DNA of 64,000 nt from an uncultured Clostridia bacterium (GTDB lineage: Bacteria; Bacillota; Clostridia; Christensenellales; Borkfalkiaceae). Where the stretch lies: NCBI GenBank assembly GCA_949282385.1, contig CASDOP010000004.1:47744-111743 (forward strand). Reading direction: 5' to 3'. Position 1 is the first letter of the stretch; each line of letters opens with the position of its first letter. Positions 45,352 to 53,551 of the stretch are shown piece after piece. A program made the translations under genes and the position numbers. Under the pieces are notes generated by a model. It searched no databases and was not told the DNA's origin. It saw only the letters and a list, made by a program, of their open reading frames with translations.

Positions 45352-45478
45352 TTATTTGAATGAAATAAACTCAAAAAAAACGAAAACGCGCAACACGCCC
45401 TCTTCTCCGCCGCCTTCGCAAAAAAAATGCTCGCCGCCGCTTGCCAAACTTACCTTTTCAAAGCTGAAAGCCGCCAGA

Positions 45479-45515
45479 GAGCAGGTCGGCGTTTTGAATA
45501 AACGCCGACCTGCTC
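45479..45515. other. perfect 16-bp hairpin GAGCAGGTCGGCGTTT-TGAAT-AAACGCCGACCTGCTC without a U tract
   Basis: Read directly from the sequence. No T-run on either side. Confidence 0.8.
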
Positions 45516-45534
45516 CGGATGAGCGCGCGACGAC

Positions 45535-45745
45535 GGGCGAACATGCGCTAAAGCCACGGCTGGCATGTAAAGGCGCGGAATATGCAAAAGCACGCCGCGC
45601 AAACTGTCGAACATGCACTAAAACCACGGCTGACACGAAAAAGTGCGTAATATGCAAAAGCGTGCCGCCACAACGGGCGGGCATGCACTAAAACCACGGC
45701 TGGCATGTAAAGGCGCGGAATATGCAAAAAAAAGCGCGGCATGCG
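45535..45745. repeat. tandem direct repeat, exact 70-bp period, three copies
   Basis: The CATGC(A/G)CTAAA(A/G)CCACGGCTG... core starts at 45542, 45612 and 45682. Copies 1 and 3 differ at 3 of 49 core positions. Copy 3 runs into the trxA terminator. Confidence 0.85.
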
Positions 45746-45751
45746 CCGCGC
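45734..45751 (-). terminator. rho-independent terminator of trxA (symmetric)
   Basis: GCGCGGC-ATGC-GCCGCGC, flanked by A8 on one side and T6 on the other. Confidence 0.75.
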
Positions 45752-45791
45752 TTTTTTGCTTTTCTTTAATTTCCCGAGGCGGGCAACCTTT

Positions 45792-46106
45792 TTAAAGGTT
45801 GCCTTCGAGGAATTCGACAAACTCGCTCTTGGGCATGAAGCCGAGGGATTTTGCCGCCATTTCGCCGTTTTTGAACACTGCGACGTAGGGAATGGACATG
45901 ATGCCGTAGCGTGCGGCGAGGTCGTTGCACTCGTCTACGTCTACCTTTATGAATACGGCTTTATCCGCAAACTGCGAAGAAACCTCCTCCAGAACGGGCG
46001 CGAGCATTTTGCAGGGTCCGCACCAGGTAGCAAAGAAATCGCACACAACGGGCTTATCGCCCTTGAGATATTCATCAAATTTCGCTGTATTTACTTTTTC
46101 CGCCAT
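45792..46106 (-). CDS. trxA: thioredoxin
   Basis: 104 aa with the WCGPCK active site. Confidence 0.92.
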   Translation of the reverse strand: MAEKVNTAKFDEYLKGDKPVVCDFFATWCGPCKMLAPVLEEVSSQFADKAVFIKVDVDECNDLAARYGIMSIPYVAVFKNGEMAAKSLGFMPKSEFVEFLEGNL

Positions 46107-46120
46107 GATAAATTGCCTCC

Positions 46121-47377
46121 TTAAATATTTTGCTTAAGATAATTATAAATATCCTCAAACGCCACGCTCTGCGAGGTGCCGTCCGACATTTTTTTGATGT
46201 TGACTGCGCGGTCAGCAAGCTCTTCGCCGCCGATTACCGCAACAAATTTTGCGCCCGTCTTATCGGCATACTTCATCTGCGCTTTGACCGAACGGTTCAT
46301 GAGGTCGGTTTCGGCGCACAGACCCTTTTGCCTCAAGCCGTTGACTATCGAAAAAGCCTCCGCGCGGCTGTCGTCGTCCATGCCCGCCACATAGATTGCG
46401 GGAACGGGCGGCTGAGGGAACTCAACGCCCGTGTTTTCCATGAGCAGCATGAGCCTTTCTATGCCTGCGGCAAAGCCGATTGCGGGAACGGAAGAACCGC
46501 CCAGCTCTGAAATAAGTCCGTCGTACCTGCCGCCTCCGCATACTGTACCCTGAGCGCCTATCGCCGTGGACACAAACTCGAAAACGGTGCGCGTGTAGTA
46601 GTCCAGACCCCTTACTATGCCCGAATTAACGGTGTACTGCACTCCCTGTTTATCGAGCAGAGAGCGAACGGATGAAAAGTGAGCCGCGCAGTCGTCGCAC
46701 AGATAATCGAGTATGCTCGGCGCGCCCGAAATGATTTTTCTGCACTCTTCTTCCTTGCAGTCGAGAATTCTCAAAGGATTTTTTTCCAGCCTTTCTCGGC
46801 AGACGGGACACATCTTTTCGGAATATCCCGAAAAATATTTTCTGAGCGCCGCATTGTACTCCGCGCGGCAGGTCTTGCAGCCGATGGAATTAATTTCGAG
46901 GCGCGTATCCTTTATGCCCAGTTTTTGGAGGAAGGACGAAGCGGCGAAAATCACCTCGGCGTCGGCAGAGGGCGCGGACGCGCCGAACATTTCTATGCCG
47001 AACTGGTGGAATTCGCGCAGTCTGCCCGCCTGGGGACGCTCATACCTGTAGCAGGGCGTTATGTAGTACGCCTTTAAGGGCAGAGCGGCGGAAGAAAGTC
47101 CCTTTTCCACGAACATTCTCGCCACCCCCGCCGTGCCTTCGGGCTTGAGCGTTATGGAACGCCCGCCCTTGTCGAGGAAGGTGTACATTTCCTTGTTGAC
47201 AATATCCGTCGTGTCGCCCACGCCGCGCAGGAAAAGCTCGGTGTGTTCGAAAACGGGCGTGCGCACCTCCTTCATGCCGAAAGCCGCCGCCGTGGAGCGC
47301 GCGCAATCTTCTATGAACTGCCATTTATACGACTGGTCGGGCAGAACGTCCTTTGTGCCCTTGGGTATGTTTATCAT
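46121..47377 (-). CDS. hisS: histidine--tRNA ligase
   Basis: 418 aa. PKGTKDVLPDQ, YRYERPQAGRLREFHQ (motif 2), GGGRYDGL (motif 3). Confidence 0.93.
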   Translation of the reverse strand: MINIPKGTKDVLPDQSYKWQFIEDCARSTAAAFGMKEVRTPVFEHTELFLRGVGDTTDIVNKEMYTFLDKGGRSITLKPEGTAGVARMFVEKGLSSAALPLKAYYITPCYRYERPQAGRLREFHQFGIEMFGASAPSADAEVIFAASSFLQKLGIKDTRLEINSIGCKTCRAEYNAALRKYFSGYSEKMCPVCRERLEKNPLRILDCKEEECRKIISGAPSILDYLCDDCAAHFSSVRSLLDKQGVQYTVNSGIVRGLDYYTRTVFEFVSTAIGAQGTVCGGGRYDGLISELGGSSVPAIGFAAGIERLMLLMENTGVEFPQPPVPAIYVAGMDDDSRAEAFSIVNGLRQKGLCAETDLMNRSVKAQMKYADKTGAKFVAVIGGEELADRAVNIKKMSDGTSQSVAFEDIYNYLKQNI

Positions 47378-47390
47378 AATTTCTCCTGAA

Positions 47391-47495
47391 TAAAGCCTGT
47401 CGGCGTGAAAATTAATGTGCGGAGCGCGGAACGCCGTCCGCCTTGCGCGGTTTATCCGCCGAAACGCTGAATATTAAAGCCTGTCGGCTGTGAAG
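47391..47495. repeat. 19/20-bp direct duplication TAAAGCCTGTCGGC(T)GTGAA flanking a 65-bp GC-rich hairpin segment
   Basis: Copy at 47475-47495 is the last codons plus the stop of hslU (GFTADRL*). Copy at 47391-47409 lies just upstream of the hisS RBS. Confidence 0.8.
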
Positions 47496-48811
47496 CCAGT
47501 AATCTTAAGCCCGCGCTTGCCGCCGCAGTTTTTGACAAGTTTGTCGATATGTTCGTCGACATATTTTTTGTTGATTTCGAGCGTAACCAAAGGATAGTCG
47601 TTGCCGCCCGCCTCGAAGGAAATTTCCTCGAGGAGATATTCCATAACCGTATGCAGACGGCGCGCGCCTATGTCTTCGGAGGTCTTGTTCAGCTCTTCCG
47701 CGATTTCGGCTATGCGCTCTATCGCGTCGCTCTTGAACTGCAAATCTATGTTATCGACGGCGAGAAGCGCGGAATACTGCATGGTTATCGCGTTGTGCGT
47801 CTGCGTGAGAATGTTGACGAAATCCTCCTTTTTGAGGCTGTTAAGCTCAACGAGTACGGGGAAACGACCCAAAAATTCGGGAATGAGGTCCTCAACCTTG
47901 GATACGTGGAAAGCGCCGGCCGCTATGAACAGGATATAGTCCGTCTTTACGGGACCGTACTTGGTCATTACGGTACAGCCCTCGACTATGGGCAGAATGT
48001 CGCGCTGAACGCCCTCTCGGGATACGTCTATGCCGCCGCTGCTGCCGCCCGCGATTTTATCTATTTCGTCTATGAAGATTATGCCGTCGTTTTCGGCGCG
48101 GCGTATAGCCTCCGTCTGAACGGCGTCGTCGTCTATGAGTTTATCTGCTTCCTCCGCCATGAGCAGTTTTTTTGCTTCCGCTACGGTTATCTTGCGCTTT
48201 TTGCGCCTGTTCATGCCGAGCGAGCCGAAAACCGAACCTAAATCTATGGCTGCACCCTGACCGGGGGAAAGTTCTAAGGGTTTGGGATTGTCGGCAACTT
48301 CAAGCTCGATTACGGTGTTGTCGTACTTGCCCGCGTGTATGTCGTCGACGAGATTATTTTCAAAAATTTCCTTGGAAAATTCGCCGCGCTCTTCCTTCTT
48401 TACTTCGGCAAGCACCTTGGCAATCCTGCGCTCTGCGGTAGCCATCGCCTTGAAGCTGACTTCCTTTGTCTTTTCTTCCTTGACGAGGCGGATAGCGCAC
48501 TCCGCGAGGTCGCGCACCATGCTCTCCACGTCTCTGCCGACATAGCCGACTTCGGTGTACTTGGTGGCTTCGACCTTTAAAAATGGAGCTTTTACAAGCT
48601 TTGCAAGCCTCCTTGCAATTTCGGTTTTGCCGACGCCCGTAGGACCTTTCATGATAATGTTTTTGGGCGTTACCTCTTCGCGCAGTTCGGGCGAAAGCTG
48701 ACTGCGGCGGTAGCGGTTGCGAAGAGCAATTGCGACTGCCTTTTTGGCTTCGTCCTGACCGATGATGTATTTATTGAGTTCGTGAACTATCTGTTTGGGT
48801 GTGAGATCCAT
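47474..48811 (-). CDS. hslU: ATP-dependent protease ATPase subunit HslU (ClpY)
   Basis: 445 aa. LTPKQIVHELNKYIIGQDEAKKAVAIALRNRYRR, GPTGVGKTEIARRLAK, IIFIDEIDKI, and an I-domain insertion. Confidence 0.92.
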   Translation of the reverse strand: MDLTPKQIVHELNKYIIGQDEAKKAVAIALRNRYRRSQLSPELREEVTPKNIIMKGPTGVGKTEIARRLAKLVKAPFLKVEATKYTEVGYVGRDVESMVRDLAECAIRLVKEEKTKEVSFKAMATAERRIAKVLAEVKKEERGEFSKEIFENNLVDDIHAGKYDNTVIELEVADNPKPLELSPGQGAAIDLGSVFGSLGMNRRKKRKITVAEAKKLLMAEEADKLIDDDAVQTEAIRRAENDGIIFIDEIDKIAGGSSGGIDVSREGVQRDILPIVEGCTVMTKYGPVKTDYILFIAAGAFHVSKVEDLIPEFLGRFPVLVELNSLKKEDFVNILTQTHNAITMQYSALLAVDNIDLQFKSDAIERIAEIAEELNKTSEDIGARRLHTVMEYLLEEISFEAGGNDYPLVTLEINKKYVDEHIDKLVKNCGGKRGLKITGFTADRL

Positions 48812-48817
48812 AATAAT

Positions 48818-50122
48818 CTACTCCTCGTTTAGTTGACTGATATACCGCGACATATACCCGAGCGAACGCTCTGCAAGGGCGCGATAGCGCTCCTTTTTGG
48901 CGCGAATGCGGGTATCCTGAGCGCGCAGAATGCCGAAGTTGGCGTTCATGGGCGTAAAATTTTCGTTTGCCCGCGATATATGCGCCGACAAAGCGCCTAA
49001 AACGCTTATGTCTTCTGGTATGATTGCGGGCTTGCCGCGCATTTTTCTTAAGGCGTGCAGAGCGCACAAAAGTCCGCTTGCCGCGCTCTCGACATACCCC
49101 TCCACGCCCGTTATCTGACCGGCGAAGAAAATTTTTCCGTCGCTCCTCAGCGAAAAATCTGCGTTGAGGCAGTCGGGGGAATTTATATAGGTATTTCTGT
49201 GCATTACTCCGTAGCGCAGAAATTCGGCGTTTTTAAGTGCGGGTATGAGGGAGAAAACCCTCTTCTGTTCGGGAAATTTAAGGTTGGTCTGACAGCCGAC
49301 GAGGTTGTATGCCTGTCCTTCGCAATTTTCCTTTCTGAGCTGCAACACGGCGTAGAACTTGTTGCCCTTTTCGTCCCTTATGCCTACTGGTTTAAAAGGT
49401 CCGAAGCGCAGCGTGTCTTCGCCGCGCGACGCCATTACTTCGACGGGCATGCAGCCTTCAAAAATTTCGCCCTTTTCAAAGTCGTGCAAAAGCGCGCGCT
49501 CGGCATGGGTAAGCTCGAAGACGAAGCGGGAATATTCCTCCGCAGAAAGGGGACAGTTGATGTAGTCGTCGCCGCCCTTGCCGTACCTGTCGCCGAAAAA
49601 GGCGCAGGTCATGTCTATGCTGTCGCGCGAAACTATGGGCGCGGACGCGTCGTAAAAGTGCAGCCTTCCGCCCGTGCGCAAGGCTATATCTTCCGCGAGG
49701 GCGTCGCAGGTGAGCGGACCGGTGGCTATAATGCAGTAGCCGTCCCCGGGAATTTTTCTGACCTCTTCGCCGATAATCGTTATGTTGGGGCAGGAAGTGA
49801 GCTTATCCGTTACATACTGCGCGAATTTTTCCCTGTCCACGGCGAGAGCGCCGCCCGCGGGAACGCGAGTTGCCTCCGCAGCCTCCATAGTAAGCGAGCC
49901 TAAAAGGCGCATTTCCTGCTTTAAAAGTCCGCACGCGTTTGTGTACGGGTCTGCGCCTTTCAATGAGTTGGAACACACCAGCTCGCAGAAATTTTTATCC
50001 GTATGCGCGGGAGTGAAACGCGAGGGCTTTATGTCGTAAAGCTCCACTTCCGCTCCGCCGCGGGCGAGGGCGTATGCCGCCTCCGAACCCGCCAGCCCCG
50101 CGCCTATTACCTTAATTTTCAT
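48818..50122 (-). CDS. trmFO: methylenetetrahydrofolate--tRNA-(uracil54-C5)-methyltransferase
   Basis: 434 aa. VIGAGLAGSEAAYALA and the Gid/TrmFO core (GQITGVEGYVESAASG). Confidence 0.92.
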   Translation of the reverse strand: MKIKVIGAGLAGSEAAYALARGGAEVELYDIKPSRFTPAHTDKNFCELVCSNSLKGADPYTNACGLLKQEMRLLGSLTMEAAEATRVPAGGALAVDREKFAQYVTDKLTSCPNITIIGEEVRKIPGDGYCIIATGPLTCDALAEDIALRTGGRLHFYDASAPIVSRDSIDMTCAFFGDRYGKGGDDYINCPLSAEEYSRFVFELTHAERALLHDFEKGEIFEGCMPVEVMASRGEDTLRFGPFKPVGIRDEKGNKFYAVLQLRKENCEGQAYNLVGCQTNLKFPEQKRVFSLIPALKNAEFLRYGVMHRNTYINSPDCLNADFSLRSDGKIFFAGQITGVEGYVESAASGLLCALHALRKMRGKPAIIPEDISVLGALSAHISRANENFTPMNANFGILRAQDTRIRAKKERYRALAERSLGYMSRYISQLNEE

Positions 50123-52439
50123 TGTCTTCTTCGGGCGCGTCGACGCTATATGAACAGTTTTTGTCCGAGCACTTTATTTTATCGCCCTTGCGTATGAGAT
50201 ATTTTCCGCACACGGGGCATTTGTCGCCCGTGGGAATGTCCCAGCTCAAGAACCTGCACTCGGGATAGCCCGTGCAGCCGTAATATATTTTGCCGTTTTT
50301 GGAGCGCATTCTGCGCATGGGACGACCGCAGTCGGGGCATTTGCCCTCCGTCTTTTCGCCCTCTTTAGCCTTGCCGTCGGGGGCGTTCAGAGGACGCTTT
50401 GCGCCGCACTTCGCGCACTCCAGATATGCGCCGTACTTGCCCTTTTTGATGAGCATTTCGCCGCCGCAGGCGTGGCATTTTTCCTCTGCCACCTTGGCGT
50501 CTATAGGCAATATGCACGAACATTCGGGGTAGTTGGGGCAGGCGAGGAACTTGCCGAACTTGCCGCTCTTTACCACCATGTTAGCGCCGCACTTGGGGCA
50601 GCGCACGTCCGAAATTTCCACTTCGGACTCGCTGACTATGTTGGAACACTTGGGATAGTTGGAGCAGGCGAGATACTTGCCGTACTTGCCCGAACGGCGT
50701 ATCATGGGACTGCCGCACTTTTCGCAGATTATGTCCGTAAGCTCGTCGCCGTCGCACGCCGCCGTCTTTAAATGTTCGGCGAACGAGGGATAGAAATCGG
50801 CGATAATCTTGTGCCAGTCGACGCCGCCGTCCTCGATTTTATCGAGTTCGTCCTCCATCTTCGCCGTAAAGCCGACGTCCATTATGTCCGTGAAGTAATG
50901 CACGAGCATATCGGTAATTTTATACGCCACCTCGGTAGGCACCATATATTTGCCGTCTTTTTCGACATAGTGGCGCTTGTTGAGCACGGAAATAATCGAC
51001 GCGTAAGTCGAAGGTCTGCCTATGCCCTTTTCGTCCATGGTCTTGACCAGAGACGCGTCGGTATAGCGCAGGGGCGGGCGGGTGAACTTCTGTTCCTTGC
51101 CCAGATCGCAGAGATTGAGCGTATCTCCCTCCTGAACGGGGGGAAGAAGTTTCTGGTTTTCCTCCTCCGCCTCGGCGTCGGAAAAGCTCTGGTATGCGGC
51201 GGTGAAGCCTGCAAACAGCAGTGCCTTGCCGCTCGCCTTGAATGTGTAGCCAGCGGACGCAGCCTCTATCTGCATGGAATTGTACTGCGCTTCCGCCATC
51301 TGCGAGGCAACGAAGCGGTCGTACACGAGTTTATATACGTTGTAATGCTTTTTGTCGAGGTACTGTTTGACGCTGGCGGGCGTTATGGAAAGATTGATAG
51401 GTCTTATCGCCTCGTGCGCGTCCTGCGCGCCCTTCTTTGTCGCATAGATATTGGGACGGGCGGGCGCAAATTTTTCTCCGTAGGTGTTTTTTATGAACTC
51501 TATAGCCGCCTGCTGCGCCTCAACGGCGATACGCGTGCTGTCGGTACGGATATAGGTGATGAGCGCAATGTGGTCGCCGCCCACTTCCATGCCCTCGTAA
51601 AGGTGCTGGGCAACCAACATTGTTTCGGGCGAGGACATGCCGAATTTATTGGAAGCGTCCTGCTGCAAAGACGAGGTTGTGAATGGCGCGGGCGCGTGGG
51701 ATTTGGTTATGCCGCTCTTTATTTTAGTTACGGTGAACTGCCCCGCGCGTATCTTGGCTTCGACTTCCGCAGCCTGTTCCGCGCTTATAGATTTTCCGCT
51801 CTTTTTGAGCTGATATGTCGCTTTGAAAGGATTATACTTTGCCTCCGTATCCTGCAAAGAAGCCGTGAAAGTATAATATTCCTCGGGCTTGAAGGAAGCA
51901 ATCTCCCTCTCCCTGTCCACTATTAACCTCAGGGCGACGGACTGAACGCGTCCTGCCGAAAGTCCGCTCTGAATGCGGTTGTTTAAAAGGGGCGAGAGCT
52001 TGTAGCCCACAAGCCTGTCTAAAACTCGCCTTGCCTGCTGGGCGTCGACGAGGTTATAATCTATTTTTCTGGGATTTTTGAGCGCGTTTTCTACGGCTTT
52101 GGGGGAAATTTCGTTGAATTCCACCCTGTTTGCGCCGTCCGCGTCCATACCCAGCACCGTCTGAAGGTGCCAGCTTATGGCTTCGCCCTCGCGGTCGGGG
52201 TCGGTTGCGAGGTAGACTTTGCCCGCCCTCTTCGCTTCTTCGGAAAGCCTCTTTATAACTTCCTTTTTGTTGGGCGTTATTTCATAGCGCGGCTCGAAAT
52301 TTTCGGTTATCTTTACGCCGAGCGTCTTTTCGGGCAAATCGCGAACGTGTCCGCCCGAGGCGTCCACTTTATACTTGCCCTTTAAATACTTTGAAATGGT
52401 TTTTGCCTTTGAAGGCGACTCAACTATGATTAAATCCAT
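50112..52439 (-). CDS. topA: DNA topoisomerase I
   Basis: 775 aa. Toprim MDLIIVESPSKAKTI, DPDREGEAI, the YITYIRTDS-type active-site Tyr block (LITYIRTDS), and several C-terminal CxxC...CxxC zinc ribbons. Confidence 0.95.
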   Translation of the reverse strand: MDLIIVESPSKAKTISKYLKGKYKVDASGGHVRDLPEKTLGVKITENFEPRYEITPNKKEVIKRLSEEAKRAGKVYLATDPDREGEAISWHLQTVLGMDADGANRVEFNEISPKAVENALKNPRKIDYNLVDAQQARRVLDRLVGYKLSPLLNNRIQSGLSAGRVQSVALRLIVDREREIASFKPEEYYTFTASLQDTEAKYNPFKATYQLKKSGKSISAEQAAEVEAKIRAGQFTVTKIKSGITKSHAPAPFTTSSLQQDASNKFGMSSPETMLVAQHLYEGMEVGGDHIALITYIRTDSTRIAVEAQQAAIEFIKNTYGEKFAPARPNIYATKKGAQDAHEAIRPINLSITPASVKQYLDKKHYNVYKLVYDRFVASQMAEAQYNSMQIEAASAGYTFKASGKALLFAGFTAAYQSFSDAEAEEENQKLLPPVQEGDTLNLCDLGKEQKFTRPPLRYTDASLVKTMDEKGIGRPSTYASIISVLNKRHYVEKDGKYMVPTEVAYKITDMLVHYFTDIMDVGFTAKMEDELDKIEDGGVDWHKIIADFYPSFAEHLKTAACDGDELTDIICEKCGSPMIRRSGKYGKYLACSNYPKCSNIVSESEVEISDVRCPKCGANMVVKSGKFGKFLACPNYPECSCILPIDAKVAEEKCHACGGEMLIKKGKYGAYLECAKCGAKRPLNAPDGKAKEGEKTEGKCPDCGRPMRRMRSKNGKIYYGCTGYPECRFLSWDIPTGDKCPVCGKYLIRKGDKIKCSDKNCSYSVDAPEEDNEN

Positions 52440-52483
52440 GACTACTCCACATTGATTTGCCGACGCGACGGTCAGAAAAACCG

Positions 52484-53551
52484 TTATTTTACGGCGGAAA
52501 ACATGTTTCCGCCCTCGCGCGCTATTATGCCTTTTATTTCGAGCGATGAACAGACGGCAATGACTTTATACACCGCCATGCCCGTCTGCGCGGACAGCTC
52601 GGCGGCGTGAGCTTTGCCTTCCCGCCGTATTATGGCGGCTATTTTTTGCTCTTCTTCGGAAAGCCGTTGTTTTTCCGTTTTGTATTCTAACCCGAACGCT
52701 TCAAAAATGTCAAGTACATTTCTGCAGAGCGCCGCGCCCTCTTTTATGAGTTTATTGCAGCCCTCGCCGCTCTTTACGCCTATCGAATGGGGAAAAGCGA
52801 ACACTTCCCTGTTGTAATCGACGGCGTACTGCGCCGTGATGAGCGCGCCGCTTCGCTCCGCCGCCGAAACGACGAGAACTCCGCGCGAAAGTCCCGCAAT
52901 TATGCGGTTGCGCACGACGAACATATACTTTTTTATGCCCGTTTCGGGCGGGAACTCGGAAATTACAAGCCCTTTCTTTTCGACCTCTCTTTCGAGGGCG
53001 GCGTTGGTTGAGGGATATATGTGATTGTGTCCGCCGGGCAGAACGCACACGACTTTGCCCGACGCAAGCGCGCCTTTGAGAGCAGCGCTGTCCGCGCCGT
53101 CGGCTATGCCCGTAACGACGGTCATTTTTTGCGCGACTTCGCCGCTTATCTGCCTGCACAGCGAGAGCGTGGACGAGGGCGTGCGGCGCGAACCGACTAT
53201 CGCGAAGTGTTCGCCCTTTAAAAGTTCGGCGTTGCCCCTGCAATACAGCACGAGGGGCGGCACGGGAATTTGCTTAAGCCTTTCGGGATAACGCTCGCTT
53301 TCTATAGTTACGCAGAAAACGCCGTTCTTTTGCAGATTTTTTTCGACGCTCCGCCTGTATGCGGGGTCGGAAAAAGCAGTCTTTAATTTATTATATACTC
53401 CCTCGCCGACGCTTTTAATCAGTGCGGACACACTTTTTGCGCCGCAGGACCAATTTTCTTTTGCAGCGCGCAGAAGTAAAATCTTTTCGTCGCGGCTGAG
53501 CGACTGAAAGCTGTCGGCGACTATTATGCCGCTTTCCGTTGCGGAATACAT
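52484..53551 (-). CDS. dprA: DNA-processing protein DprA (Smf)
   Basis: 355 aa. IVGSRRTP, TGIADGADSAALKGAL, Rossmann-like DprA core and a C-terminal winged-helix tail. Confidence 0.88.
   Translation of the reverse strand: MYSATESGIIVADSFQSLSRDEKILLLRAAKENWSCGAKSVSALIKSVGEGVYNKLKTAFSDPAYRRSVEKNLQKNGVFCVTIESERYPERLKQIPVPPLVLYCRGNAELLKGEHFAIVGSRRTPSSTLSLCRQISGEVAQKMTVVTGIADGADSAALKGALASGKVVCVLPGGHNHIYPSTNAALEREVEKKGLVISEFPPETGIKKYMFVVRNRIIAGLSRGVLVVSAAERSGALITAQYAVDYNREVFAFPHSIGVKSGEGCNKLIKEGAALCRNVLDIFEAFGLEYKTEKQRLSEEEQKIAAIIRREGKAHAAELSAQTGMAVYKVIAVCSSLEIKGIIAREGGNMFSAVK

Noticed and set aside
45290-45480. ZTP or THF riboswitch upstream of glyA.
   Set aside because: The best promoter lies only about 30 nt from the ATG. 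The region upstream lacks the ZTP (GGGUCGUGACUGGCG...CCGGGCGGA...CCGCCUGGGCA) or THF consensus elements.
45338-45820. ORFs of 90-117 aa spanning the 70-bp repeats. I also considered whether the repeats could be a mini CRISPR array.
   Set aside because: The ORFs are repeat-derived and overlap on both strands. The repeats are not CRISPR. There are only three units, the conserved part is about 50 bp with variable parts of only about 20 bp, the variable parts are related to each other (degenerate terminator stems), and no cas genes are present.
47378-47473. T-box leader upstream of hisS.
   Set aside because: Only 96 nt separate hslU and hisS. That is too short for a T-box (typically about 200 nt or more), and I see no T-box consensus (AGAGA...GGUGGNACCGCG).
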